Notes: generated by a model from the sequence alone, not told the origin. Positions 18,660 to 29,375 are shown, counted from the stretch's first letter. The stretch: DNA of 64,000 bases from an uncultured Gemmatimonadales bacterium (GCA_963707505.1 CAVPQB010000004.1:1-64000); one strand, 5' to 3'. Program-made: numbers and translations.

Positions 18660-18999
18660 GTCTCTTCCCCTTGTGTTGTATGGTCTTGAGGTAGTTATCC
18701 AGCGCGTCGAAGCGCGCGTCCCAGAAGTGGCGATACTGCTCGACCCAATCCGCTATTTCCTCGAGCGGCCCCGCTTCGATTCGCGCGGGGCGCCACTGCG
18801 CGTCGCGGCCGCGCGAGATCAGTCCGGCGCCTTCCAGCACCTTGAGATGCCGCGAGACCGCAGGCTGGCTGATGGCGAACGGTCGCGCCAGCTCGGTGAC
18901 TGACGCCTCCCCGGTCGCGAGACGGGCGAGGATGGCGCGCCTGGTGGGGTCTGCGAGGGCCGCGAAGGTTGCGTCGAGGGTGACTGAGCTTTCAAGCAT
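18640..18999 (-). CDS. ArsR/SmtB-family regulator
   Basis: FAALADPTRRAIL...SQPAVSRHLKVLE. Confidence 0.92.
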   Translation of the reverse strand: MLESSVTLDATFAALADPTRRAILARLATGEASVTELARPFAISQPAVSRHLKVLEGAGLISRGRDAQWRPARIEAGPLEEIADWVEQYRHFWDARFDALDNYLKTIQHKGKRHVRKRK

Positions 19000-19009
19000 A
19001 TAAAGAGGT

Positions 19010-19057
19010 CGTTATATAATCTTATAGTTATATACCCCCAGTCCTGAACCACGTCAA
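19010..19057 (-). promoter_or_regulatory. Candidate ArsR operator and -35 element
   Basis: AT-rich inverted repeat TATATAA-TCTTATAG-TTATATA just upstream of the start; TTGACG on the minus strand at 19052-19057. Confidence 0.5.
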
Positions 19058-19164
19058 GGGGAGAAAGGAAGGTGGGCTCGGCTCCCGCGTTCAAGGCCGG
19101 TTGTGCAAGATCGGCCGCGGCCGGCGTCTCCATGCAGCGACACCTTCGACTGGAGACCGATCCG

Positions 19165-21453
19165 ATGCGTACCCGATCAATTCTGGGCCTCGTTCCCGCC
19201 AGCGCCGTGCTGGTGGCCGCCGTCTGCTACTCCGCGGGCGCGCAGGGTGTGCTCGTCCCACGGTGCGGGAATGGTGGCGAGTGCATTCCACTGCCGTGTC
19301 CGAGTGACCTGCCATGCGCTCGTCCGCTTCCATGGAATGCGGCGATCACGAGAAGCGCATCGCATGTAACGGCCACACTCGGCGACGGCGTGCTGCACTA
19401 TGAAGTCGACGAGACCTTCGTCAATCATGGCGGACGCATCGGTGAAGCCGATTACGTATTCCCGTTGCCGCACAACGCCGCGTTCAGTGATCTCGAGCTT
19501 TCGATAAACGGAGAGCTCGTGAGCGGCGAGACGATGGACGCGCAACACGCGCGATCGATATACGAAGAGATTGTACGCCGCCAGCGCGATCCCGCACTGG
19601 TGGAATGGATGGGCTATGGCATGCTTCGCACGCGGATATTTCCCATTCTGCCAGGTGAATCGAAGCGTGTAGTGGTGCGCTTCGATCAGGTCGCCGAGCG
19701 TGAGGGCGATGCGCTGCGAATCGATTACGTGATGGGCGGACCGCTCGGTCGCGGACCCATTGTGCGCAACGTTCGAATGGATGACAGTGATGACAGTGGT
19801 GACAGTGCCGCATCCACTTTCACGTTGAGATATGCGGTGAAAGGCAATTATGGAAGACCGTACTCTCCGACTCACGAGCTCCGGCTCGATTCGCGCGATG
19901 GCATGAACGTCGTAAGCGCGCGTGGCGATGCACCGGCGCTCACTCTGCTCGTGCCTGCGGCGCACGGAAATGGACGACCAGCGATCACACTGCTGGCAAG
20001 CGCCGACGGCCGCCAGGACGGCTTCGCGCTGATCAATGTGGTTCCTCCGGCGGCATCGACCGACGTCACACCGCGTGACATCACGTTTGTTCTGGATGTG
20101 AGTGGGTCGATGGCGGGCAGCAAGATGGAACAGGCGCGCGCCGCAGGCCGACAGTTGCTCTCTTCGCTAGCCCCGCGCGACCGTTTCCGGCTCATTGATT
20201 TCTCGACGGATGTGCGAAGCTTCCGGGATGGCTTTACTCAAGCCACTCCAGCCAATGTTCGCGCGGCGCTGTCGTACCTGGCATCGCTCTCGGCGCAGGG
20301 TTCGACGAACATTTCCGGCGCGCTGTCGGAAGCATTGCGACGTGGCAACGAGGAGCATGGCGACCGACTTCAGATCGTGCTCTTTCTCACGGATGGCCAG
20401 CCGACGATCGGGGAGACGAGTGCCGATGCGATCGCCTCGGAAGCGGAACGTCTGCGTGGGAGTGCTCGCGTATTCACGTTCGGCCTTGGCGGCGACGTGA
20501 ACGTGTCGCTCCTGGAACAGCTTGCATTGCAGGGCCGCGGCACCGCGCAATTCGTGCGGCCGTCTGAAGACGTCGAGCGTGCCGTGGCTGTAGTATCGCA
20601 ACGGCTCACGAACCCGATCGCCACCAACGTCCGCGTCTCCGCCGACGGTGTACGATTGAGCAGGATCCTGCCGGGCTCGCCGATCGATGTCTTCGCAGGC
20701 CAGAACATCGTCATTCTCGCTCGTTATGCAGGCGACGGCGCTGCGACGTTGCACTTCGATGGCGACTCGCCACACGGACCCGTTCACTGGACCCAACGTG
20801 TAACCTTCCCGCGGGACCAGCGCGACAATCAGTTCATCGGCCGACTGTGGGCAACGCAGCGCATAGGTTATCTGAGCGCGGAGCGTCGCCGTGTCGGAGC
20901 GAATCCGGAGCTGGATAACGAGATCCGCTCGCTGGGCGAGCAGTTCGGCATTCCCACGGAATTCACCTCGTATCTGGTACAGGAGCATCGTCCAACGCTT
21001 GCTTCGGCCATAATGGCACGCGGTACGGCGAGCGTAGGGATGAGTCTCAGCCAGGCGGTCGTGAGCGGCGTGAGCGCGTCCGCGCCGAGCGCGTTCGAAG
21101 TCGCGCGGAAGGCAACCGCGCAGCGTGCGGCGACGACACTGACTGCGGCAGATGAAGCGGCAGACGGTGCAACGCGCCACGTTGGCGATCGCACCTTCCT
21201 TCTCGCAAACGGCGTCTGGGCCGATACACGCGCCGCCGCGCTGCAGCGGGACAGCAGTGTAACGAGCGTGCGCGTCCAGGCCTTTTCGGCGGCATATTTC
21301 AGAGTGCTGGACATCGTCCCTTCGATCAAGCCAATGCTCGCGCTCGGCGACCACGTGATCGTCGCGGGACGCGGGATCGTGCTCGAAGTCGGCCCCCAGG
21401 GCATTACAGACCTTGGTGCACGTGACATTGCAGCGCTGCGCGCAGGTTGGTGA
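19165..21453 (+). CDS. Secreted VIT + vWA domain protein
   Basis: Signal peptide after GGAG SD; VIT-like YVFPLP...IYEEIVRRQRDPAL; MIDAS motifs DVSGSM, TN, FLTDG. Confidence 0.88.
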   Translation: MRTRSILGLVPASAVLVAAVCYSAGAQGVLVPRCGNGGECIPLPCPSDLPCARPLPWNAAITRSASHVTATLGDGVLHYEVDETFVNHGGRIGEADYVFPLPHNAAFSDLELSINGELVSGETMDAQHARSIYEEIVRRQRDPALVEWMGYGMLRTRIFPILPGESKRVVVRFDQVAEREGDALRIDYVMGGPLGRGPIVRNVRMDDSDDSGDSAASTFTLRYAVKGNYGRPYSPTHELRLDSRDGMNVVSARGDAPALTLLVPAAHGNGRPAITLLASADGRQDGFALINVVPPAASTDVTPRDITFVLDVSGSMAGSKMEQARAAGRQLLSSLAPRDRFRLIDFSTDVRSFRDGFTQATPANVRAALSYLASLSAQGSTNISGALSEALRRGNEEHGDRLQIVLFLTDGQPTIGETSADAIASEAERLRGSARVFTFGLGGDVNVSLLEQLALQGRGTAQFVRPSEDVERAVAVVSQRLTNPIATNVRVSADGVRLSRILPGSPIDVFAGQNIVILARYAGDGAATLHFDGDSPHGPVHWTQRVTFPRDQRDNQFIGRLWATQRIGYLSAERRRVGANPELDNEIRSLGEQFGIPTEFTSYLVQEHRPTLASAIMARGTASVGMSLSQAVVSGVSASAPSAFEVARKATAQRAATTLTAADEAADGATRHVGDRTFLLANGVWADTRAAALQRDSSVTSVRVQAFSAAYFRVLDIVPSIKPMLALGDHVIVAGRGIVLEVGPQGITDLGARDIAALRAGW

Positions 21454-21501
21454 GATGCACGATTGTGTCGATGCGTGCGAGCCGCGATTGAGAAGTCGCT
21501 C

Positions 21502-22035
21502 ATGACAGACGTCGAGCGGTTATTCCGGAGCTATCACGCGACTCTCGTTCGGTACCTCACGCGCCGTCTTGGCGATCGTGACTGGGCGGAGGAGATTGCA
21601 CAGGAGACATTCGTGCGTGCACTGCGGCAGGATACGCTCACGAACGAGCGCGCATGGCTCTTCGCAGTCGCGACGAATCTCGTACGTGACGATGCGCGTC
21701 GCAGTGAGCGGCAGCGGCGTCATCTCGTTCTTCTTCGCGAGGAGCAGGAAGCGGAAGCAGTTGCGAACGAGGACTCTGTGGAAGCGGACGACGGCTCGTC
21801 CGCGCAGCAGGCTCTCGAAACTGCCATGGCTCGGCGGGCGGTCGATGCGCTCGCGGAGCGTGACAGAATGGCATTGCTGCTGCGTGAGGAAGGGCTCGAT
21901 TACGGAGAGATCGCCGAGGCGTTGAATCTGTCGGTGGGGTCGGTTGGAACGACGCTGTCACGCGCGCGGCGAAGACTGGTCGAGACATACGAGGAGATGC
22001 AACGCGGAGCAGCGGGGAGAGAGCACAATGGTTGA
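21502..22035 (+). CDS. ECF sigma factor
   Basis: AEEIAQETF, AWLFAVATN, and region 4 GLDYGEIAEALNLSVGSVGTTLSRAR. Confidence 0.92.
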   Translation: MTDVERLFRSYHATLVRYLTRRLGDRDWAEEIAQETFVRALRQDTLTNERAWLFAVATNLVRDDARRSERQRRHLVLLREEQEAEAVANEDSVEADDGSSAQQALETAMARRAVDALAERDRMALLLREEGLDYGEIAEALNLSVGSVGTTLSRARRRLVETYEEMQRGAAGREHNG

Positions 22036-23071
22036 TAACGGATCTTCGAACGTGTCTCACGTGGATGAAGGAACGATGCACGCGTGGCTGGACGGCGCCC
22101 TGTCGACGGCTGAGAGCAAGGCCGTCGCGGAGCACGTCGCGACGTGTGAGACATGTGCCGCCGCTGCAGCGGAAGCTCGTGGACTGATTGCGGCATCGAC
22201 ACGGATACTTTCGGCGCTGGACAATGTCGCGGGAGACGTAGTTCCTGCAACCGCTCGTCCGGTTCCTGTCGCGTTGCGTACAGAATCGTTCCGTCATGCA
22301 CGATCGACGCGGACGGTGCGGAACTATGCATCGGTCGCATCGGTCGCAGCAGTCGTGGCGGTTGCGGTCGGCCTGACGCTGGTGGCGCGGGAGAGATCGA
22401 CGCCGGTGGCGCCTCGAGCAGTGCATCAGATGCCAGCGGTTACGGCGAGGACGACTGATGCACGCACCAGTGCTGGTGCAACACCACAGCAGCCGGAGAC
22501 TTCCGTGGCGGTGGCGTCGGGCGCGCCTGCACATGCGGGTCATACCGAAGCGAGAAAGCCTCGTGCGTCATCGTCGCCTGCACTCGAGGCGCCCACCGCC
22601 GAGACTATCGTGCAGGGTGCGGCAGCGGGGGTCGCGGCTGCGCCATCGACGGATTCACTCACTGCTGCGGATCGTATGACGGCGAAGGTCGCAGCTAACG
22701 AATCGACTCGACCCATGCAGGGATTCGCCAAATCAACGCCGGAGATTGCCGGCGCGCGTGTGGTGGCGAGCACAGTTAACGACGCCGGCGCATCGCGTAT
22801 CCGACGTACCACATTTCAACTCGACTCCGGCGCTACCGTTACACTCGTGGAGATACGATCAATCGGCTTGGTGCCGGGTGCGGAAAATCGTTCCGATACT
22901 TCGGTCCGTGCTGATACGCATCCGCATGTTGCGCAGCTCATGTTGCGGGCGCCAGCGAGGGCCGCGACGCCATCGGTTTCGTGGATTTCCGCCGACGGCA
23001 CGCTGATGATTCTCACGGGCACGCTGCCGCTGAAGGAGCTCGAAGAGCTCAAGAAGCGAATCGTCCCGTAA
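22028..23071 (+). CDS. Zinc-finger (zf-HC2) membrane anti-sigma factor
   Basis: H..EGTMHAWLDG...HVATCETC, one TM segment; overlaps the sigma stop codon. Confidence 0.85.
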   Translation: MVDNGSSNVSHVDEGTMHAWLDGALSTAESKAVAEHVATCETCAAAAAEARGLIAASTRILSALDNVAGDVVPATARPVPVALRTESFRHARSTRTVRNYASVASVAAVVAVAVGLTLVARERSTPVAPRAVHQMPAVTARTTDARTSAGATPQQPETSVAVASGAPAHAGHTEARKPRASSSPALEAPTAETIVQGAAAGVAAAPSTDSLTAADRMTAKVAANESTRPMQGFAKSTPEIAGARVVASTVNDAGASRIRRTTFQLDSGATVTLVEIRSIGLVPGAENRSDTSVRADTHPHVAQLMLRAPARAATPSVSWISADGTLMILTGTLPLKELEELKKRIVP

Positions 23072-23074
23072 AGC

Positions 23075-23111
23075 GATTCGGGCCGGGGTGAAATCACCCC
23101 GGCCCGAATTT
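23075..23111. terminator. Hairpin terminator between convergent genes
   Basis: ATTCGGGCCGGGGTG-AAAT-CACCCCGGCCCGAAT followed by TT. Confidence 0.75.
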
Positions 23112-23148
23112 GCTGCCTGACTCCTGCTCCATTGCTACTCTTCCGTTC

Positions 23149-24780
23149 CTACTCTTCCGCCATGTACGGATAACGGAAATCATGCGGTGGCGAGAACGTC
23201 TCCTTCACCGACCGTGCCGATACCCAGCGCACGAGATTGAGCTGTGATCCCGCCTTGTCGTTGGTGCCCGATCCACGCGCGCCGCCGAACGGTTGCTGTC
23301 CCACCACCGCGCCGGTCGGCTTGTCGTTGATGTAGAAGTTTCCGGCACTGTCGCGCAGGATGCTCATCGCCGTGCGCACAGCTGAGCGATCCTGCGAGAA
23401 GATCGCACCCGTCAGCGCGTACGGTGATGTGCGATCGACCGTGCGCAGCATCTCCTCGTACTCGCTGTCGCGATACACGTGCGCAGTCACGACCGGTCCA
23501 AAGATTTCTTCGCAAAGCAGCTTGTACGACGGATCACGAGTCTCGACGAGCGTTGGCTCGATGAAGTAGCCCGTGTCGCCTTTCGCAACGCCGCCCTGCA
23601 CGATGCTCGCGTTCGCGCGTCCGTGCTCTACATAGTCGCTGATCTTCTTGAACGCACGGTTGTCGATCACCGCACCCATGAAATTGCGGAAGTCCGTAGG
23701 ATCGCCCATGCGGAGCTGTTGCATGATTCCCACAACGCGCTCCTTCACCTTTGGCCAGATGCTCTCGGGGACGTACACTCTGCTCGCCGCCGAGCATTTC
23801 TGTCCCTGGAATTCGAACCCGCCGCGCGCGATCGCAACCGCGAGTGCGTCGACGTCCGCCGAGGCGTGCGCGACGATGAAATCCTTGCCGCCAGTCTCGC
23901 CTACGATGCGCGGATAGGAGCGGAACGACGACATGTTCGCACCGATCGTCTTCCACATGCTGTTGAACACGCTCGTGCTGCCGGTGAAGTGCACGCCCGC
24001 GAGATCCCTGTGCGACAGCAGCGCATCCGACACCATCACCGGGTCGCCGGGAACGAAGTTGATCACACCGGGCGGGAGGCCGGCTTCTTCCAGCAGCTTG
24101 TAGATGTACCACGCGCTCAGGATCGCCGTTGCGGCAGGCTTCCAGATGACCGTGTTGCCCATCAGCGCCGGCGCGGTCGGAAGATTTCCGGCGATCGACG
24201 TGAAGTTGAACGGCGTGACCGCGTACACAAAACCTTCGAGTCCGCGGTAGTCCAGCTGATTCCACATCGTGTGATCGCTGAGCGGCTGCTGGTCATACAG
24301 CTGCTCGGCGTAATACGGATTGAAGCGCCAGAAGTCGATCAGCTCGCATGCCGCATCGATCTCGGCCTGAAACGGCGTTTTGGACTGGCCGAGCATCGTC
24401 GCAGCGTTGAGCGTCTGACGATGCGTCGTGGTGAGCAGCTCTGCCGCCTTGAGAAAGACCGCCGCGCGGTCGCCCCAGGACCAGCTGCTCCATTCCTTGC
24501 GGGCCTCGGCTGATGCCGTAACCGCCTGCTGCAGCATCTCGGGCGTCGCCATGTGCCAGTCTGCGAGGACGTGCGAGTGATCGTGCGGCATCACAGCCTG
24601 CGCGAGCTTGCCGCTGCGAAATTCCTTGCCGCCAATGACGACCGGTATCTCGATGCGCTCCGCTGCCATCGATGCGAGGCGCGACTTGAGCTCGGTGCGC
24701 TCCGGCGTTCCGGGCGCGTATGTTTTCACCGGCTCGTTGGCCGGAGGAGGGACTCGTCTGTTACCGTTGAATGCTGACAT
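23149..24780 (-). CDS. pruA: L-glutamate gamma-semialdehyde (P5C) dehydrogenase
   Basis: PPPANEPVKTYAPG, ELIDFWRFN, GETGGKDF, QGQKCSA, QPFGGARGSGTNDKAG. Confidence 0.95.
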   Translation of the reverse strand: MSAFNGNRRVPPPANEPVKTYAPGTPERTELKSRLASMAAERIEIPVVIGGKEFRSGKLAQAVMPHDHSHVLADWHMATPEMLQQAVTASAEARKEWSSWSWGDRAAVFLKAAELLTTTHRQTLNAATMLGQSKTPFQAEIDAACELIDFWRFNPYYAEQLYDQQPLSDHTMWNQLDYRGLEGFVYAVTPFNFTSIAGNLPTAPALMGNTVIWKPAATAILSAWYIYKLLEEAGLPPGVINFVPGDPVMVSDALLSHRDLAGVHFTGSTSVFNSMWKTIGANMSSFRSYPRIVGETGGKDFIVAHASADVDALAVAIARGGFEFQGQKCSAASRVYVPESIWPKVKERVVGIMQQLRMGDPTDFRNFMGAVIDNRAFKKISDYVEHGRANASIVQGGVAKGDTGYFIEPTLVETRDPSYKLLCEEIFGPVVTAHVYRDSEYEEMLRTVDRTSPYALTGAIFSQDRSAVRTAMSILRDSAGNFYINDKPTGAVVGQQPFGGARGSGTNDKAGSQLNLVRWVSARSVKETFSPPHDFRYPYMAEE

Positions 24781-24798
24781 GCTTGTAAATTAGCAAAC

Positions 24799-25632
24799 AT
24801 GTACAGTCGGGAAGTATTGTTACGCGGGCGGCGGCTAGTTCGGCGCTTCGCACGGAGCTGCGCACGGAGCTTCGTACGTACCGGGACAGCGGCGATTGCG
24901 GTACTTCTGACCGTTGCGTGCTCTTCATCACCGGTGACGCTGGGTGATGTGAGCTACCCGGCTTCATCCCCCATAACGTTGCATCCTCCAGCCGCCGCGA
25001 CGCCCAACGGCGCGTGCCCGGGGTCTCTCCGGACGGTGCAATCCGGCCCCGACGTGTACGGCGCCTGGTGGGAAGTGCGCGATGATAGCAGCTCCGTCCT
25101 CATGGTGGGCCGGTCGACGGATCACGGGAAATCATGGGGCATCGTGCAGCCCGCTGATACTGCGGATGTTTCCCGCCGTGGCTGCAGCAGGCCAGCGCCG
25201 GCAATCGCGGCCGATAGCAGTACCAACTACGTCGACATCGCGTACTTCCTCGTAGCGAAGGAAGGTCCGGGAGTCTTTTTCACCCACAGCATGGACGCCC
25301 GGACGCTTGGAACCGGCGACGGAATATTTCACGCGCCGGTGCCGGTGGTGTATGGGGGCGATCAACCGGCTCATGTGTCGGTAGCCGCGCGGGGAGACGA
25401 TCTCGTCGTCGCGTATGAAGACCCCAATGGTGATCTCTCACAGGTCGGACTCGCGCTATCCCGCACCATGGGACACATCTTCGAGCAGCGGTTGGTAGTG
25501 TCTTTGCCGGGCCTTCCCGCGCACTCTCCCATGGTCGCGCTCCATGGAGATTCGGTGCTGGTTCAGTGGTTGGAGCGCCCCGATTCCCTGGCGACTGGCG
25601 GTCGTGTAGCGGTGCGTTCTGCACGCTGGTAA
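24799..25632 (+). CDS. Hypothetical lipoprotein with Asp-box (BNR)-like motifs
   Basis: LTVAC lipobox; RSTDHGKSW and LSRTMGHIF motifs. The true start is uncertain. Confidence 0.6.
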   Translation: MYSREVLLRGRRLVRRFARSCARSFVRTGTAAIAVLLTVACSSSPVTLGDVSYPASSPITLHPPAAATPNGACPGSLRTVQSGPDVYGAWWEVRDDSSSVLMVGRSTDHGKSWGIVQPADTADVSRRGCSRPAPAIAADSSTNYVDIAYFLVAKEGPGVFFTHSMDARTLGTGDGIFHAPVPVVYGGDQPAHVSVAARGDDLVVAYEDPNGDLSQVGLALSRTMGHIFEQRLVVSLPGLPAHSPMVALHGDSVLVQWLERPDSLATGGRVAVRSARW

Positions 25633-25741
25633 GGGAAAAGCGCTACTTTCATGGGAGAAATTCGCAGTTTCCCTATTGCGCGTTGCTCTCTAGGATATAG
25701 CTTGCTCCCCGTCCGGAATTTCCGCACTCACAGGAGATTGT

Positions 25742-26131
25742 ATGCCAGCGAAGAAGAAGAGCACGGCCAAGAAGTCGTCAGCGAAGAAGGCGCCGGCCAA
25801 GAAGGCCGCTGCTAAAAAGGCACCAGCCAAGAAGGCCGCTGCCAAGAAGGCGCCTGCCAAGAAGAAGGCGGCAGCTCGCAAGCCGAATGCAGCTTTCATG
25901 AAGGCGATGACGCCTTCGCCAGAGCTCGCAGCGGTCGTCGGTAGCAAGCCGATGCCGCGCACTGAGATCACCAAGAAGCTGTGGGTGTACATCAAGAAGA
26001 ACAATCTGCAGGACCCCAAGGAGCGTCGCATGATCAATGCTGACGACAACCTGAAGGCCGTGTTCAACGGAAAGAAGCAGGTGTCGATGTTCGACATGAC
26101 GAAGCTTGTCAACAAGCACCTCAAGGATTGA
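25742..26131 (+). CDS. SWIB/MDM2 domain protein with histone H1-like Lys/Ala N-terminus
   Basis: (KKAPA/KKAAA)n followed by PSPELAAVVG..PRTEITKKLWVYIKKNNLQDP...VSMFDM; AGGAG SD. Confidence 0.93.
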   Translation: MPAKKKSTAKKSSAKKAPAKKAAAKKAPAKKAAAKKAPAKKKAAARKPNAAFMKAMTPSPELAAVVGSKPMPRTEITKKLWVYIKKNNLQDPKERRMINADDNLKAVFNGKKQVSMFDMTKLVNKHLKD

Positions 26132-26146
26132 TTAGGCGGTAATTAA

Positions 26147-26932
26147 GTGTCGAACGAAGTACAGAAGGGGCGCGCCGGTAAAGCGCGCCCCTTTGCGCAA
26201 CAGTCGCCGGGCCATGTGATTTGGGAGAACGTGAAGGGATTCGCGATAGTCATCGTGGTCTTTCTCGCGTTCCGTGCATTCATCGCAGAGGCGTATCGCA
26301 TCCCCTCCGGCAGCATGATTCCAACGCTGCTCGTGGGTGATTGGTTGTTCGTCAACAAGATGACGTACGGCGCGCACGTCCCTTTCACCGATAGCCGCCT
26401 GCCGGGTTATCGGACTCCCACAAAGGGAGACGTTGTTGTATTCGTGTCGCCGTATCAGGCAGACAATGGCGACGACCCGACGCCGACGCTCGTCAAGCGT
26501 CTCGTCGGAAGCGGCGGCGATACTCTCTACATGCGCCACGCGGTGCTGTACGTGAACGGCGTCGAGTCGGACCGTCCTGCGTCAGCGATCGACCCGTCGC
26601 GCCAGGTACCAGCGCAGCCGGACTATCCCGATCCGGAGCATTTCGGCTGGCAGAAGCGATACGCGCTCACAGCGTCGCGCTTTGGAGCCGCGCCCGCGGA
26701 ACCGACCCATGACAACTGGGGTCCAATCGTCGTGCCGGCCAACCATTTCTTCATGATGGGCGACAACCGGTATGATTCGAAGGACAGCCGGTACTGGGGT
26801 TTCGTCCCACGGGAGAATGTGCGCGGACGTCCGATGTTCGTGTACTACTCCTACAACGCGGATGACTCGGACCGGCCGTTGCCGTTCATCACCGACATCC
26901 GCTGGTCACGACTGGGACATTGGATCAAGTAG
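26147..26932 (+). CDS. lepB: Signal peptidase I
   Basis: IPSGSMIPTL, LVKRLVG, MGDNRYDSKDSRYWGFVP. Confidence 0.95.
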   Translation: MSNEVQKGRAGKARPFAQQSPGHVIWENVKGFAIVIVVFLAFRAFIAEAYRIPSGSMIPTLLVGDWLFVNKMTYGAHVPFTDSRLPGYRTPTKGDVVVFVSPYQADNGDDPTPTLVKRLVGSGGDTLYMRHAVLYVNGVESDRPASAIDPSRQVPAQPDYPDPEHFGWQKRYALTASRFGAAPAEPTHDNWGPIVVPANHFFMMGDNRYDSKDSRYWGFVPRENVRGRPMFVYYSYNADDSDRPLPFITDIRWSRLGHWIK

Positions 26933-27456
26933 GGACAGGCACAGCGTATCATCCCGCTCCCCGGAGCGTATGGCATCGGATCGCCGCCTCGTTGATCGAG
27001 ATGGCGATCATCGCTGGAGTCGTCGTGCGAGTGCTTCACGTGATCGCGAACGCGCACGGTGAAGAGCTGGACTGGCACTCGTTCGTAGGCACGTTCATAG
27101 CGATCCCGGTAATACTTCTCGCGCTCGCGACGATTCATCTCGCGAGCTACCCGCTGCATCAGTGGGTCTGGCGCGCGCCGGCCTTCGCGCTGCTGGAATC
27201 GGCGGTCGAATCAGCACTCAGCCTGGTGCTGATATTTGCGGGCCGCGAGCGATGGGGCACCGGCCGCGCAGTATTCGGCGACTGGCCCGCAATGGCGGCG
27301 ACCACCTTCCTCAGTCGCTTCGCGATGGTCTGTCTGTTCGCCCTGGTGCTTGGCGGCGTCGCGCAATTCGTGCGTCGGCGAGAGATCCGCGCCGAGCGAA
27401 AGCGGGGAGCTCATGCTCGTTCTCCCGAGCGGCCCACCGGGGATGTGGAACCTTGA
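26920..27456 (+). CDS. Hypothetical membrane protein (about four TM segments)
   Basis: Hydrophobic segments; overlaps the lepB stop in operon fashion. Confidence 0.6.
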   Translation: MDQVGTGTAYHPAPRSVWHRIAASLIEMAIIAGVVVRVLHVIANAHGEELDWHSFVGTFIAIPVILLALATIHLASYPLHQWVWRAPAFALLESAVESALSLVLIFAGRERWGTGRAVFGDWPAMAATTFLSRFAMVCLFALVLGGVAQFVRRREIRAERKRGAHARSPERPTGDVEP

Positions 27457-27501
27457 GTGGGTGACTAGCTTATCTTTAGTAATCACCACTGAGGGCCAAT
27501 C

Positions 27502-27918
27502 ATGTACGACGAACGACTAGTTACTCCGATGCGCGCCGAGCTGACGCGTCTTGGCGTTGAAGAGATGCGGACCGCCGCTGAGGTGGACGCGAAGTTGAAG
27601 GATTCGAAGGGAACGACCCTCGTGGTCGTCAATTCCGTCTGCGGCTGTGCCGCCCGCAATGCTCGGCCGGCGGTCGCCAAGGCGATCACCAACGCGAAAA
27701 AGCCTGACACCCTGACGACGGTATTCGCCGGACAGGACGTCGATGCAGTGCAGCGCGCACGCAGCTATTTCCTGGGCTACCCACCCTCGTCACCACAGAT
27801 CGGGCTGCTCAAGGACGGCAAGATCGTCTACATGCTCGAGCGTCACCAGATCGAAGGGCGCTCCGCGGACGATATCGCAACTGATCTGACGCATGCGTTC
27901 GATCAGTACTGTGCGTAG
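27502..27918 (+). CDS. BrxA/BrxB-family bacilliredoxin
   Basis: VNSVCGCAA..ARP, TVFAGQD, PPSSP, RHQIEGR. Confidence 0.92.
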   Translation: MYDERLVTPMRAELTRLGVEEMRTAAEVDAKLKDSKGTTLVVVNSVCGCAARNARPAVAKAITNAKKPDTLTTVFAGQDVDAVQRARSYFLGYPPSSPQIGLLKDGKIVYMLERHQIEGRSADDIATDLTHAFDQYCA

Positions 27919-27953
27919 AGGATCGCAGGGGTAGCGACGCCCTTGTAGATAAT

Positions 27954-27981
27954 CGTCATTCCCGCTTTCGCGGGAATGACG
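27954..27981. repeat. REP family A hairpin
   Basis: CGTCATTCCCGC-TTTC-GCGGGAATGACG between convergent genes. Confidence 0.8.
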
Positions 27982-28038
27982 GACGGAGTGGGGACGGAGT
28001 AGGGACGGACTCCGTCTCCACTCCGTCCCCCTATTCGT

Positions 28039-29375
28039 TCACGACGTGAAGATCCATCTCCGCACTTCAGCCAGCGTCGGCCGTTTTCCATACATGAGCA
28101 ACCCGACTCGATAAATCCGTCCGGCGAGCCAGATCGCGCCGAGGCAGCTCAGGATGAGAATCGCGAGACTCGCAACCACCTGAATGGTCGGAACGTTCGT
28201 GATCGCCATTCGTATCGGCAGAATGATCGGCGACGAGAATGGCAGCATCGACATCGTGACGCGCGAGCTGACTCGTCGGGTTCTGAACTGTCGGCGAGAT
28301 CAACACGGCTGTTAGGACGAGCAGCAGTACTACGGGGAATGCCGCCTGTCGCGCATCCTGTTCGCTACCGACTGTCGCGCCGACTGCGGCGTACAGCGCG
28401 CCGTAGAAGAGCAGGCCGAGCAGGAAGAAGACCAGCACGAGAATTACCCAGCTGAATGGTGTGGCGACGAGCGCTGCAAGCATGTCGTTCGAGCCGAACC
28501 CTCCGGCCGCGCCTGCAGCCTGCGCCTTGGCGAGCGCCGGCGCACCGAACAGCATCGTGCGCGCAGAGATAAGCGCGATCGTGCCGCCGACCCAGACGAT
28601 CTGCTGCGTGAGACCGACCGCCGTCACGCCGATCACCTTGCCGGCGAGCAGGGTTTCCGGCTTGACGCTCGATATGACGATCTCGGACACGCGCGACATC
28701 TTTTCCTCGATAACGCCGCTCAGCATGTTCTGCCCGTAGATCAGGATCGACATGTACAGGAAGAATGCGACGATGGTGGCGATGATCGCCTTGGCCGGCG
28801 TGGCGACATCGCGTCCCGCGTCGTTGATCGACGTCGCGTGAACGGTGGGGATCGGCGCTGATACGACGCTGTCGATCGCAGGCGCAGACAGTCCGCCTCG
28901 CTCGAGGCGTAGCGCGATCAGTCCGGACCGAACCGCATTCGCAATGGTGAGACGATCGCTTTTCGAGTCTGCCTGTCGTCCGGAGTATGAGACCGTGTCG
29001 CCCCGGAGTGTCGCCGAGTCGAGTACGACGAAGGCATTGGCGAGCCGACGCGCAACTTCGGATGTCGCGTCGTCGCGCGCATGCGCGAGCGAGTCCGATG
29101 ACACGATCCGGACGTCGGCAGTCGTCGCATCTTCCGCGCTGCTGCGCAGGACTGCCAGCGACCGTGCAACGTACTTGCCGAGCCCCTGTTGCGTTGCGTC
29201 GATGATCAGCACGCGCGGCGCGACAGATTTCGCGTCCTTGTTCATGAGCAGCAACGGCAGGAATGCGATCGCCGCGAACAGTATCGGTGCGAAGACAGTG
29301 GATATGAAAAACCACCTCGTGCGCACGCGTTCTATGTACTCACGTCGCACGATCGCCCAGAGCTTCGAGCCTGTA

